IMG/VR virus record: IMGVR_UViG_3300045110_000374
Span: 1-62,667 of that record
Source: a virus
Taxonomy: Duplodnaviria > Caudoviricetes
Length of the DNA: 62,667 nt
Strand: one strand, 5' to 3'
Made by a program: the position numbers and the translations under genes. Positions 8,698-18,283 of the stretch are shown in pieces (positions within the stretch are counted from its first letter, which is position 1; every line of letters starts with the position of its first letter). A model generated the notes under the pieces. The model did no database searches. It saw only the letters and a program-made list of their open reading frames with translations, and had not been told where the DNA came from.

Positions 8698-10197
8698 ATG
8701 GCTCCAGAACTCTACCCCTATCAGCGCGAGGTGATTGCGCGCGTTCATGCTGCCCAGCAACGCCGTATTCTGATGGTTGCACCGACAGGATCGGGCAAGA
8801 CCGTAATAGCGGCAGCCATCATCAACGATGTCATCGCACAGGGGCGCCGCGCCCTCGTTCTGGTTCACCGCCGCGAATTGGTAACGCAGACGTCGCGCAA
8901 GCTTTACGACGTAGGCGTGGACGCCGGCATTATCCAAGCTGGCTTTGTTCCGCGTGGGGCTCAACTCGCACAGATCGCGAGCGTCCAGACGTTGCACGCT
9001 CGTGCGATTCGAAGTTCCACAATCAATATGCCCGATGCCGATCTCGTCTTTGTCGATGAATGCCACCACGTTCGGGCCAAAACCTATGAAGAAATCCTTA
9101 AAGAATATCCTTCCGCCAAAATCATAGGCTTGACTGCAACGCCCGTGCGCGGCGATGGGCGCGGGCTTGGCAAGGCGTTCGATACGATCATCGAATGCCC
9201 CGACGTCAGCGAACTGGTTAAGCTTGGCTTCCTCGTTCCGACCAAGGTTTATGCGCCATCGCGGCCAAACCTGTCCGGGGTGCGCGTCCAGGCCGGCGAG
9301 TATGTGGGCTCACAGCTCGAAGCGCGCATGGATACCGACGAACTTGTGGGAAACATTACCGAGCACTGGCTTCGCCTTAACCCCGATCGGTTGCCGACGA
9401 TCATCTTCGCTTCCGGTGTCAACCACAGCGTCCATATCCGTAATGAACTCAGCCGAGCCGGTGTGCTTGCCGCTCACATCGATGGTAGCACGCCAACGGA
9501 CGAACGTGATGCAACTCTGAAGGATCTGGCCTCAGGGAGAATCGAGGTCGTTTGTAACTGCATGGTCCTCACCGAAGGGTTCGATTGCCCTGATGTCGGT
9601 TGCTTGGTGTTGGCTCGCCCGACAAAAAGCATGGGCTTGTATCGTCAAATGATTGGGCGAGGGTTGCGCCCCGCTCCTGGCAAGAAAGAGGTGCTAGTCC
9701 TGGATCACAGCGGCGCCGTCTTCGAGCACGGTTATGTGGACGATCCGATTAGCTGGACGCTCGACGAAGACAAGCGTGCCGTGAACAAGGCGCAGGACGC
9801 ATACGGCGCATACAAAGGCATGCCCAGGCTTACCACATGCCCGGAATGCACTGCGGTTCGGTTTCAGGGGCGGCCATGCTCGGTCTGTGGATGGCGACCG
9901 CAGCCCCGGCCACAGGACTATAGAACTGCCAACGGCGAACTCGGAGAGGCGCAGCGCGACCGGTCCGTTGCTGCCCCAACGATTGTGAAACAAGAGTTCT
10001 ATGCGATGCTGCTCTACATCGCAGATCAGCGCGGATACAAACGCGGCTGGGCTTGGCATAAATTTAAGGAGAAATTTCACCATTTTGCCAGTGGGTATCC
10101 CACAACTCCGAAGCCGCCAGACGAGGCATGCCGGCAGTGGGTGCGCTCTCGTCAAATTGCATGGGCCAAGTCCAAGCAAAAAGAGTCCACCGCGTGA
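8698..10197 (+). CDS. SF2 DEAD/DEAH-box helicase (RadD/YejH-like) with zinc finger
   Basis: PTGSGKT, DECHH, GLTATP, LTEGFD, QMIGRGLR motifs; CPEC..CSVC. Confidence 0.95.
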   Translation: MAPELYPYQREVIARVHAAQQRRILMVAPTGSGKTVIAAAIINDVIAQGRRALVLVHRRELVTQTSRKLYDVGVDAGIIQAGFVPRGAQLAQIASVQTLHARAIRSSTINMPDADLVFVDECHHVRAKTYEEILKEYPSAKIIGLTATPVRGDGRGLGKAFDTIIECPDVSELVKLGFLVPTKVYAPSRPNLSGVRVQAGEYVGSQLEARMDTDELVGNITEHWLRLNPDRLPTIIFASGVNHSVHIRNELSRAGVLAAHIDGSTPTDERDATLKDLASGRIEVVCNCMVLTEGFDCPDVGCLVLARPTKSMGLYRQMIGRGLRPAPGKKEVLVLDHSGAVFEHGYVDDPISWTLDEDKRAVNKAQDAYGAYKGMPRLTTCPECTAVRFQGRPCSVCGWRPQPRPQDYRTANGELGEAQRDRSVAAPTIVKQEFYAMLLYIADQRGYKRGWAWHKFKEKFHHFASGYPTTPKPPDEACRQWVRSRQIAWAKSKQKESTA

Positions 10198-11132
10198 ACG
10201 TCGACATCGATGGCGTTATCGAGCGCGCGCGCGGGCGCTGGCGTGAAATTCTTCCCCGCCTCGGCATAGAAACCCGCTTTCTCACCAATAAGCATGGGCC
10301 GTGCCCACTCTGCGGTGGAAAAGACCGCTATCGCTTCGATGATAGGAACGGCGAGGGGGCTTACTACTGCAATCAATGCGGTGCGGGCGGCGGCTTTACG
10401 CTTGTGCGCAAGGCCAACGGGTGGGATTTCAAAACGGCATGTGAGGAAATCGCCAAGATCATCGGAGATGGCTCTAGCCCTTCAACGGCGATCAAGCAAA
10501 AGTCCGAAGCCGCCAAGCTGCAAGCGATCGAGAAACTATTCAACGAAGCAATCGACCCTGATGTTGTCGCCAGTTACCTCCATAAACGCGGCCTTTCCGT
10601 CACGTCCGCCGTCTTGCGCGGGCATTGCCGCTGTCCCTATTACGATGATGACTTCAAACTCGTAGGCCGCTATCCCGCCGTCATTGCGCCCGTCAGAGCG
10701 CCAGACGGCAAACTGGAATGTTTACAGCGCATTTACGATGCGGACCTCACCCCCAGAAAGAAGGCCATGACGCCGGTTCACACGCTCAATGGCGCGGCCG
10801 TGCGGCTTCATGAAGTCCGCGACGTTCTCGGCATCAGCGAGGGGGTCGAAACCGCTTTGGCCGCTCACGAAATATTTGGTGTTCCGGTGTGGGCGGCGTT
10901 GTCCGAAAACGGTGTCAAGACCTTTGAGCCCCCCAACGACATAAAAAAAATTATCGTGCTCGGCGACAACGATTCGAACTTTGTCGGCCAGGACGCTGCC
11001 TATGCCCTTGCCCGCCGCATTGCCCTAAAAGCCAAAAAACCCAGGATTATCGTCGAGGTTCGTATTCCCCCCGATGCCGATACCGATTGGCTGGACGAAT
11101 TAAACGCGATGAATGGGCACCCCCTGTTGTAA
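10194..11132 (+). CDS. DNA primase (primase-helicase-type Zn-binding domain plus TOPRIM)
   Basis: HGPCPLCGGKDRYRFDD..YCNQCG; EGVETA and GDND TOPRIM motifs; GTGA coupling to the helicase. Confidence 0.9.
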   Translation: MNVDIDGVIERARGRWREILPRLGIETRFLTNKHGPCPLCGGKDRYRFDDRNGEGAYYCNQCGAGGGFTLVRKANGWDFKTACEEIAKIIGDGSSPSTAIKQKSEAAKLQAIEKLFNEAIDPDVVASYLHKRGLSVTSAVLRGHCRCPYYDDDFKLVGRYPAVIAPVRAPDGKLECLQRIYDADLTPRKKAMTPVHTLNGAAVRLHEVRDVLGISEGVETALAAHEIFGVPVWAALSENGVKTFEPPNDIKKIIVLGDNDSNFVGQDAAYALARRIALKAKKPRIIVEVRIPPDADTDWLDELNAMNGHPLL

Positions 11133-11668
11133 GGTTGGACTCCAGCGCTGCTAAGGCATAACCTGAAATGGAAAGAGCCCGAAGCTTGCCGACTGTCGGG
11201 CTCTCCGAATCTGGACCAGTTAGAGGCTGGCAGTTCGTTTCCAAAGGGCAGGAATACCCCGAGCCCGTGTCAAAAGTAAAGCATTTCGGCGACATTTCAG
11301 TGAGCGGGATATATCTACGCTGGCACTGAAATTGTGTTCGCGGGACCAGGGGCACCGACCGAACCGCGCAGGTAGTGCTAAAGGCTGAAGCCGAAGGTCG
11401 GGGCAGGTCGTCACCTGCCAAATGCAGCCAACTCGTTACGCGTGCGACGCGAGAATGAGGCTCGATGCGAGGGGTCGGCTCCAGCAAGCTGATTCAATAT
11501 GCGTTTGGGCACGCACCGCCATCACCAAGGCGGTGCTATGCTCAAAAAGCTCCAGGTCTCACCAGAAGCTGAACTCTCAGTAAGAAAAAAAAGGAACTAG
11601 AAGGATTAGACTCAGTACGGCCGCCCGGCCCGCCCGCAAAAGTTGCACCGCCACCCGGAGCACCACCA

Positions 11669-11887
11669 ATGAAAAAGAAGAACGGTAAAGCAATCAGAAT
11701 TGGTAAGGGGGTCAAGTGCCCTAGAGGGTGCGGTCCGATGGGGCGGTTTGAGCACCCTCCAGGATGGAGACCAAAACCGGGCGCTGCGTATTGGTTCGAG
11801 TGGTGGGATATGTGTCGCTGCGGCTACATGCAGATGTATGAACAGGCAAAGCGGTTTGAAAAAATAGTTGTCGGCGAAAAGTTGTGA
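11669..11887 (+). CDS. Small zinc-ribbon protein
   Basis: CPRGC..CRC; GGAG RBS. Confidence 0.6.
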   Translation: MKKKNGKAIRIGKGVKCPRGCGPMGRFEHPPGWRPKPGAAYWFEWWDMCRCGYMQMYEQAKRFEKIVVGEKL

Positions 11888-11914
11888 TAGTGTTCTGCGT
11901 GAGAGAACACTTTC

Positions 11915-12097
11915 ATGTATGAAAACCTTTCCGCATTGGGCTTAATTACGTTCTCAGGATTTGCACTCGGTGTCATTGTTGCACCAGAGGTGCTGTCACC
12001 TGAAGAACAGACGCGATGGGCCATTCTCAGTTGCGGGATTTGCACGGCTGTAGCGTTCGCGTTCGTTGGTCTCTTGAGCATAGGGCTTCCCCAATGA
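11915..12097 (+). CDS. Small two-TM membrane protein
   Basis: Two hydrophobic segments; ATGA coupling downstream. Confidence 0.55.
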   Translation: MYENLSALGLITFSGFALGVIVAPEVLSPEEQTRWAILSCGICTAVAFAFVGLLSIGLPQ

Positions 12098-12420
12098 CGA
12101 CGCTTGATCCTCGCATGGAGCTAACCCTTTCTGGCGATGCGTCAGCCAAGCCGGTCAACGCTTACCGTGTGCACGCTAGGGACCAGATCGTTCTCGCCGG
12201 GACTTGTCGGCATAGCGCGCTGCAAGTCTACGTCGCGATGCGCAAGCATTTGAACGATTTCGGCCCGGCCGAGTCGCGTCTCGTAAAAATATTCTGCAAC
12301 AACGTGGAGTACCTCAACGAGGACGAATCGTGGCCGCCCGGTCCGAAAGACCGCGGCAAATCTTGCCGACAAATCACGGGTGCGGTGCGCCCCTATCCAT
12401 GGGAAAGGCACATGCCATGA
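12094..12420 (+). CDS. Hypothetical protein
   Basis: ATGA-coupled chain of ORFs. Confidence 0.55.
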   Translation: MTTLDPRMELTLSGDASAKPVNAYRVHARDQIVLAGTCRHSALQVYVAMRKHLNDFGPAESRLVKIFCNNVEYLNEDESWPPGPKDRGKSCRQITGAVRPYPWERHMP

Positions 12421-12629
12421 GCTTCGAGCCGGGATACCCATATTTGACGCGGTGTGGGGAAGTGGTGCGCGTGGATGATCGCTGTGGGCCGCGGTTGTTC
12501 GGCAAAGGCTTCAAACGGCGAATCGATTTATGCTGGCATGTTGACGGGGCGCAATCCCCGCGCGGCGGGACAGGGCCTTACGACTTAATCAGGCCGCACC
12601 ACAATATCGAGGAAAAAGCCAGTGAGTGA
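12417..12629 (+). CDS. Hypothetical protein
   Basis: YLTRCG..V..W..DG..YDL phage-like pattern; coupled ORF. Confidence 0.55.
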   Translation: MSFEPGYPYLTRCGEVVRVDDRCGPRLFGKGFKRRIDLCWHVDGAQSPRGGTGPYDLIRPHHNIEEKASE

Positions 12630-12846
12630 CGCCGAAGAAATTTGTGTGCGTCCGATCCCCAACGAAATGTCTACGCCGCCCTATGGCGCAACCTTCACGA
12701 TGCACGAAGACCACGGCACGGTCGAGCTTCCCTATTGGCCCGAGGTCATCACTGTGCTTCCAGGCGAATGTGTGAGGATCGCGATTGCCGATCGTGACGG
12801 CCAACTCAAACTTTTGGTAACACGTGAGAGAGGCGAAATTAAATGA
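12622..12846 (+). CDS. Hypothetical protein
   Basis: GAGG RBS, coupled ORF. Confidence 0.55.
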   Translation: MSDAEEICVRPIPNEMSTPPYGATFTMHEDHGTVELPYWPEVITVLPGECVRIAIADRDGQLKLLVTRERGEIK

Positions 12847-13244
12847 GTGCAGTAAGTTGGAGCAAAGAGCGGCTTGAACAGCTCCAGGCTTTGCGCAACG
12901 AGGGTTACAGCTATTCCAGAATCGGGCGAATGCTCGGCTGTAGCCGCAATGCCGCGATCGGTGCCGGCAAGCGTTGGGGTGTGGTTGGCAACGTTGTGAG
13001 GGTCCCGCGTGTGCGTTCGGATGACGAGCCCTTACCTGAGCGCGAGCTTCCGTCGCTGCCAGAACCCGAGCCCGTGTACGAAGGCGCCAAGCACACGCAC
13101 ATGAAAAATTTGGGGTCGAACCAGTGCCGCTATCCCTTATGGGGCACTGAGGGTGGCGCGCCGAATTTCGAGTGCTGTGGCAGGAAGGGATTTCCCTGGT
13201 GCGATCATCACCGCGCCATCATCAAGGGGAAGCGCGTAGCATGA
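12843..13244 (+). CDS. gcrA: GcrA-family cell-cycle regulator homolog
   Basis: N-terminal W..ER...L..L..EG.S.S.I...LG.SRNA.IG and C-terminal L....CRYP.W...F.CCG...WC..H. Confidence 0.85.
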   Translation: MSAVSWSKERLEQLQALRNEGYSYSRIGRMLGCSRNAAIGAGKRWGVVGNVVRVPRVRSDDEPLPERELPSLPEPEPVYEGAKHTHMKNLGSNQCRYPLWGTEGGAPNFECCGRKGFPWCDHHRAIIKGKRVA

Positions 13245-13489
13245 ACCGGCGAAGCCTTGCACAACCAAACTTATTTGAAACGCCGTCGTGCGCACGACGC
13301 TTGCGCAAAGAGCAAGACGATCTGTACGACGCGGTTTTGAAACTTCGCCGCCAAGGCTATCGCGTCTACCGCGCCGGCCGCGACACGCACCTCTTGAACG
13401 GCAGGCGGGTGTCAAGTCTTTACATTTTGGCGTTTGTTGCCACCAAAGAGTGGCGCGCACCCTTGCATCGTCATAACGGCCCGTTATAA
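13241..13489 (+). CDS. Hypothetical protein
   Basis: Overlaps the gcrA-like stop. Confidence 0.5.
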   Translation: MNRRSLAQPNLFETPSCARRLRKEQDDLYDAVLKLRRQGYRVYRAGRDTHLLNGRRVSSLYILAFVATKEWRAPLHRHNGPL

Positions 13490-13521
13490 GACCGTAACCC
13501 GTTTCTTCAGAGAGAACTGAC

Positions 13522-14001
13522 ATGGGGCGTAGGCCACAAGCTCTGCCATTTTTAAAGCAGGTTATCGCTTCTGAAACTGACGAATGTATCAAGTGGCCCT
13601 TCGCTACCACTGAAGCAGGGCGCGGTCGTTTTGATTTAGGCGGGAGAGCGGGGCGAATGGTTTTTGCACATCGCTTCGTTTGCCAAGAGGTACATGGCGC
13701 TCCACCGTCTGACCGGCACCATGCAGCGCACTCATGCGGGAAGGGTCACGAAGGGTGCATCAACCCAAGGCATCTCCGGTGGGCAACACCTCTGGAAAAC
13801 GCTCATGATGCGATTGTTGCAGGTACTTACCCACATGGCGAAACGGTAGGGACCGCCAAACTGACAGAATGTGACATCCGCAATATCCGTGCGGAGTATG
13901 CAAAGGGAGGGCTTACGCAGACAGCCTTGGCGCGGTTTTACGATGTGTCAGGCGTACAGATTGGGCGCATTATCAACCATGTTGCCTGGGCCCATGTATG
14001 A
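13522..14001 (+). CDS. HNH homing endonuclease
   Basis: CIKWPF..AHRFVC..AAHSCGKGHEGCINPRHLRWAT..EN, C-terminal HTH. Confidence 0.9.
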   Translation: MGRRPQALPFLKQVIASETDECIKWPFATTEAGRGRFDLGGRAGRMVFAHRFVCQEVHGAPPSDRHHAAHSCGKGHEGCINPRHLRWATPLENAHDAIVAGTYPHGETVGTAKLTECDIRNIRAEYAKGGLTQTALARFYDVSGVQIGRIINHVAWAHV

Positions 14002-15686
14002 AGATAGCTATGGTCACCACATGCAAGGGCCGTTTGCATCACCTCAAAAAAACGCTGCCTCGAAACATCAAACACGCTGGTGAAAATGGGGCGGTCTTTG
14101 TTTTGCTCGATTACTTCGACACTGAAGATCTCGGCGACTACATCGCCCGCAACTACCAGAGCGACATCGAAAGCGGCAGGCTTGTCTACTACCGCACGCA
14201 ACACAGTCCGCGCTTTCATATGGCACACGCCAAGAACATGGCGCATCGCTGCGCGCTGTTGGAGCGGTCTGACATACTGGTGACGCTGGACTCCGACAAC
14301 CTCACCAACCCGGGATTTGCCGATTACATCGCAGCCAGATTTGCCGATGATCCCGAGCTGTCACTTCTGTGTCCGGATTTCAAAGCTTTGCCGCCACGGG
14401 GCAAGCGCTATGATGCGGATTGTCCCACCAAGTTGGGGCGCGGCTTCGCTGGGCGTCTCGCCATTCGCGCACAGGACTTTGTAAAAGTTGGCGGCTACAA
14501 CGAGATCTTCGAGACTTGGAGAGGGGAGGATCTTGACCTGCTAGCGCGGTTGAATCGCTTGGGCCTCAAGCGTGGCGCGCTAGACCCGTTTTTCTTGCAC
14601 GCTATCGCGCACGATTCTGAAACCCGCTTCAAGGAATATCCTGAAGCCGAAGCTTACGAAAATGATGACATCTACGGAATCATTGAGCGTGCCCACGACA
14701 CCGTCGTGAACAACGGTGTGATCGGTTGCGGTGTCGTCTATCGCAATTTTAGCGACGAACCGATTACGCTTAAGCCTCTACCCACAAGAGTCTTCGGCAT
14801 CGGTATGCAGCGCACGGGGACGAGCAGCCTGCACGAAGCGTTTCAGCTTTTGGGTTTCGACAGCGGACATTGGAAGTCTGCGGAGTGGGCTGGCGCGATT
14901 TGGCGAGAGATGAACAAGTGGGGCCGCTCGCGCACGTTGGAATTGGACTATGCGCTTTGCGACAACCCCATTCCGTTGCTCTACCGACGGCTGGACGAAG
15001 CCTATCCAGGGTCGAAGTTTATTCTCACCGTGCGCGATGAAGACGTGTGGCTTGAGAGCTGTAGGATGTTTTGGACCTATGACTGGAATCCGCGCCGGTG
15101 GAGTTGGGACATCGACGGCTTCTCTCACAAGATGCACGGCATCACGTACGGGACGATCGACTTTAACGAGGACATATTTCGCGAGCGTTACCGCCGCCAC
15201 AATGCCGAGGTGCTAGAGTACTTCAAGGGCCGCGACGATCTCTTGTGCATTGAGGTGAACGAGAACGCGTCCATGGCGCCTCTGTGTGAATTTTTAGGCG
15301 TGCCGGTTGTGGATGCTCCCTTTCCCCATCAGAACAAGGGCCCGGATATGCCGGTTATGCCCCCAAGCGAAGAGGACGACATGCCCATGGCCTCGAAGAA
15401 CCGCCAGCACCATCACCACCGCCGTTTGCGGGAGGGCAAGGTCGAGCCCGACCCGGTTGTCCCTGAACCCGCGCCCCCCGAACCTGTAAAACATGTGTTG
15501 TTTGCCGACCTCAGCGACACCCAAGTGATCGAGCTTGCCCAGCTTTATGACTGGCAGGTCCCGACCGATACGCGTTGGGGCTACAGCATGGTGACGGATG
15601 CCCGCCACTCTCTCACCACGCGCTTTACCGTGGCCGAGCTTGACGCAATGGCCGAGAAGTTTTTGGGCTGGAAGCCTACCCCGTGA
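13998..15686 (+). CDS. Glycosyltransferase (GT-A, GT2/GT7-like) fused to a P-loop sulfotransferase domain
   Basis: TTCKGR..HL, AHAKN, DSD, GGYNE.F..W.GEDLDL; then VFGIGMQRTGTSSL..A...LG, YPGSKFILTVRD..W..S, PLCEFLG...PFPH.N. Confidence 0.85.
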   Translation: MKIAMVTTCKGRLHHLKKTLPRNIKHAGENGAVFVLLDYFDTEDLGDYIARNYQSDIESGRLVYYRTQHSPRFHMAHAKNMAHRCALLERSDILVTLDSDNLTNPGFADYIAARFADDPELSLLCPDFKALPPRGKRYDADCPTKLGRGFAGRLAIRAQDFVKVGGYNEIFETWRGEDLDLLARLNRLGLKRGALDPFFLHAIAHDSETRFKEYPEAEAYENDDIYGIIERAHDTVVNNGVIGCGVVYRNFSDEPITLKPLPTRVFGIGMQRTGTSSLHEAFQLLGFDSGHWKSAEWAGAIWREMNKWGRSRTLELDYALCDNPIPLLYRRLDEAYPGSKFILTVRDEDVWLESCRMFWTYDWNPRRWSWDIDGFSHKMHGITYGTIDFNEDIFRERYRRHNAEVLEYFKGRDDLLCIEVNENASMAPLCEFLGVPVVDAPFPHQNKGPDMPVMPPSEEDDMPMASKNRQHHHHRRLREGKVEPDPVVPEPAPPEPVKHVLFADLSDTQVIELAQLYDWQVPTDTRWGYSMVTDARHSLTTRFTVAELDAMAEKFLGWKPTP

Positions 15687-15834
15687 ACCCTGGCGGCTTG
15701 AGCGCTAGCGTGAGAACCAAAAGCACGAAGTACAGAATACCCAAACAAATTGCGGTTTTCATCTGCGCTAGACTTTAAGTTGTGCCCGGTGTAAAAGAGA
15801 TTCCTCAACACCCCCTTGATTTCGGCCCGACATG

Positions 15835-15869
15835 CCCCCGGTAGTCCCACTACCGGGGGTTTGTGTTTT
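15835..15869 (+). terminator. Rho-independent terminator
   Basis: CCCCCGGTAG-tccca-CTACCGGGGG followed by T-rich tail between convergent genes. Confidence 0.8.
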
Positions 15870-15904
15870 GTGTGATGTTCAACTATAGTGGTCTTCCCCC
15901 TCCT

Positions 15905-16162
15905 TTAGAGCCCTCCAGTAGTCGCCACAATGGCGCTGCCCGAGGGTTTGTCCTGAAGCTGGACGGCTAAGAGTAAGAGCGCCCCGCCCCGTTCCAGGCA
16001 AATTCGCCTGAGTTCCACCTTCACCCCCCAGGGAATTGTGAATTCCCCCTTGGCCCAGCGCTGGACGGTCCGGTAGTCCACCTCCAAGAGCGTTGCGATC
16101 TCGCTTTTCCAACGAGCGCCGTACAGAGCCTCGCCCACGGCCCGGAAAAGTTCAGGGTCCAT
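15905..16162 (-). CDS. Small HTH DNA-binding protein
   Basis: ALYG..W.SEIA.LL.V.YRTVQRW..GE..IP. Confidence 0.75.
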   Translation of the reverse strand: MDPELFRAVGEALYGARWKSEIATLLEVDYRTVQRWAKGEFTIPWGVKVELRRICLERGGALLLLAVQLQDKPSGSAIVATTGGL

Positions 16163-16448
16163 CGCTGCCCCCCGAAGGTTTGCGGTCGCCTACGGTAGAG
16201 GCGTGGCCGTCTGGAATGAAAGAAAGCGGACTTGGCGCCGCCGCTAGCGCTGCCGACATTTGACGCACCAGGGGAAGGCAGGCCACCCGCTGCGCGCTCG
16301 AAATGAGCTGGTACAATTCCGTCTCAAACTCGCGTGCCACATATCCGCCTTGGTCTTCGGGCACCCATCGTCGCCTAAAGTGTTCAAGACGTTGAGCAAA
16401 AACGGTCTCGTCATGCGCTTGTTCGTCACGGTCGAAGACTTTAGGCAT
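16152..16448 (-). CDS. Hypothetical protein
   Basis: GGAGG RBS, overlapping neighbours. Confidence 0.55.
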   Translation of the reverse strand: MPKVFDRDEQAHDETVFAQRLEHFRRRWVPEDQGGYVAREFETELYQLISSAQRVACLPLVRQMSAALAAAPSPLSFIPDGHASTVGDRKPSGGSDGP

Positions 16449-16923
16449 AGAACGCCTCCCGCTCCCGCACTTCGCCGCCCTCTTTGATCCAGCCGCGCCC
16501 ACGGGTCAGCGACGGCGGAAAGAGCACAAAACCGGAATCGTGTGAGTATCGGATGATTGCGACCATGCTGGCTTCTCTGCCCCAATGGTCGAGGAAGTCG
16601 CGCAAGGCTTCGTCCTCGTGTGCATCGGGATAGGCAGGGTCAACCCAAACCTGGACAGCGCCAACGTCCACCCCGTCCACCCGCACGACGTCGGGCACGG
16701 TGTCGATCACGTAGTGCACGCCATCGGGCCGTTTCAGATCGGCCGCGTCCTCGCGGTCCGTTAGCCACATGCAGGACCAATTTTTGCAGGACATGGGCCG
16801 CGAGGTATAGACCGCGCACCCGCTTGCGCATTGGCGCGTGCAAGGTGTGTTGGCGGGTTTGTGAATCTCCGAAACCGGCAAGAGCCGGCAACAGAGCGTG
16901 CATGTGCCGCAGGTTCTAGTCAT
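16441..16923 (-). CDS. Cysteine-cluster protein (YkgJ/CxxCxxCC-like)
   Basis: CGTCTLCC..C...C...C.VY..RP.SC..W.C.WL. Confidence 0.75.
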   Translation of the reverse strand: MTRTCGTCTLCCRLLPVSEIHKPANTPCTRQCASGCAVYTSRPMSCKNWSCMWLTDREDAADLKRPDGVHYVIDTVPDVVRVDGVDVGAVQVWVDPAYPDAHEDEALRDFLDHWGREASMVAIIRYSHDSGFVLFPPSLTRGRGWIKEGGEVREREAFYA

Positions 16924-16989
16924 CTTCGTTCATCCATTTCAGCAGCATGGCCAGACCTAGGATGCCTCCTACGATACCGATGAGATGAA

Positions 16990-17283
16990 TCATGGTGCGG
17001 TCCTCCCTTTGTCACGGTCAAAGAACTCGCACGTCGCGGCGGTCAAAGGCCGGTTAGGCTTGCCGTCTGTGTCGCGTGTGGGTTTGCACGTTGGGACCTT
17101 GCGCCAGAATTCGAAGGCATCCAGAAATGTGGGGAACGTCATGGCCTTGTCTATGTCGGGCGTAAACGTGCCATTGCCGACGCCTTCGTGCGCTTCGTGA
17201 TCGAATGTGCGGACGAATTGCCCTATGTGCGAGCACGGCGCGCCGTTGGCGAAACCGTGCACCTGGATCACAAAGCGGCTCAT
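16990..17283 (-). CDS. Hypothetical phage protein
   Basis: GGAG RBS; F..W...P..DGKPNRPLTA segment. Confidence 0.65.
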   Translation of the reverse strand: MSRFVIQVHGFANGAPCSHIGQFVRTFDHEAHEGVGNGTFTPDIDKAMTFPTFLDAFEFWRKVPTCKPTRDTDGKPNRPLTAATCEFFDRDKGRTAP

Positions 17284-17525
17284 GTGAGTTTCTCCGCCAT
17301 AGGAAAGCCTTGCGGGCCGAAAATTTCCATTTCGCAGAGCGGCGTAAGCGCCCGAACGGTTTCCAGCCATAGGTCTAGGTTTGTGTCTCGAAAGTCGGGG
17401 TGATGCCCGGCTTGCCAAATCGCCACAAGCTCGGCGAGCACGGCACCTTGTATGCCGCCGTCTTTGCCAGCGAGTAACGGCATGATGGCTTTAACGATGC
17501 GGCCAACTTCTTTGGCGTCGCTCAT
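17280..17525 (-). CDS. Hypothetical protein
   Basis: GGGAG RBS, ATGA coupling. Confidence 0.65.
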   Translation of the reverse strand: MSDAKEVGRIVKAIMPLLAGKDGGIQGAVLAELVAIWQAGHHPDFRDTNLDLWLETVRALTPLCEMEIFGPQGFPMAEKLT

Positions 17526-17581
17526 GTGTGTCTCCCGTTTGTGTGTGTGAGGCGCGAGCTTGCGCCCGCGCCCCGAAAGTG

Positions 17582-18283
17582 TCATTCGGCCGCTTGCAGC
17601 ATTTCCGGCGCGGTCTCTGGTACAGGGATTTGCAGCGCAACGATGCGCCGCCAGTTCCAACGCGAAACCAATTCGGCCTGCGTTTCGGCGCGCATCGGCA
17701 TAAGCACGCCAAACGCGTTTTCGTCAGAGAAAACGATTCCGGCCGGATCACCGCCGTTGCACGCGATTCCGCAGTACGTTGTGCCAGTCGTTTCGGCGAA
17801 TTTCTTGAAGCTCACAAGATAGTCGGGATTAAAACAAATCCCTTGCGACGCGCGCTTGTCGTTCGCCTCAATGGTGACGTTGCCCGAAAGAGTCTCTGGA
17901 ACAACGCGGCGCCAGTCGGGATATGTCCCGTCAATGGGTTTGAAAATGTGTGCCGTGCCGTCCAGTGTCGTAAGTCTTAGCGCTGCGTCGCCCTCGCGTG
18001 TGAGGTTTGCGGTTTCTTGGTATGAGTATTTTGCGCTCTTAGGCTTTAGGCGCTTGCACACGTCCGACGGAATTATGAAATCGCCCGTTAGCCTCGGCGC
18101 GGCGTTCTCTTCGAGCGGTTCGAGGTTTTCGCGATAGGCCATCATTCTGTGACCGTCGGTCGCGACGTACATCACGTGATCGGCGCGCGCTTCTACCAGA
18201 ACGCCATTGAGGTAGTAGCGTGTGGACTCGTTGGACGCGAAGAGGTTAACCGCTGCAAGTGTCTTGAGGTTAAGCGTTGTCAT
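17582..18283 (-). CDS. DNA polymerase III beta-clamp-like protein (partial clamp)
   Basis: TRYYLNGV, VATDGHRM, IDGTYPDWRRVVP, FNPDYL, GVLMPMR are DnaN middle/C-terminal motifs; only ~233 aa. Confidence 0.85.
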   Translation of the reverse strand: MTTLNLKTLAAVNLFASNESTRYYLNGVLVEARADHVMYVATDGHRMMAYRENLEPLEENAAPRLTGDFIIPSDVCKRLKPKSAKYSYQETANLTREGDAALRLTTLDGTAHIFKPIDGTYPDWRRVVPETLSGNVTIEANDKRASQGICFNPDYLVSFKKFAETTGTTYCGIACNGGDPAGIVFSDENAFGVLMPMRAETQAELVSRWNWRRIVALQIPVPETAPEMLQAAE

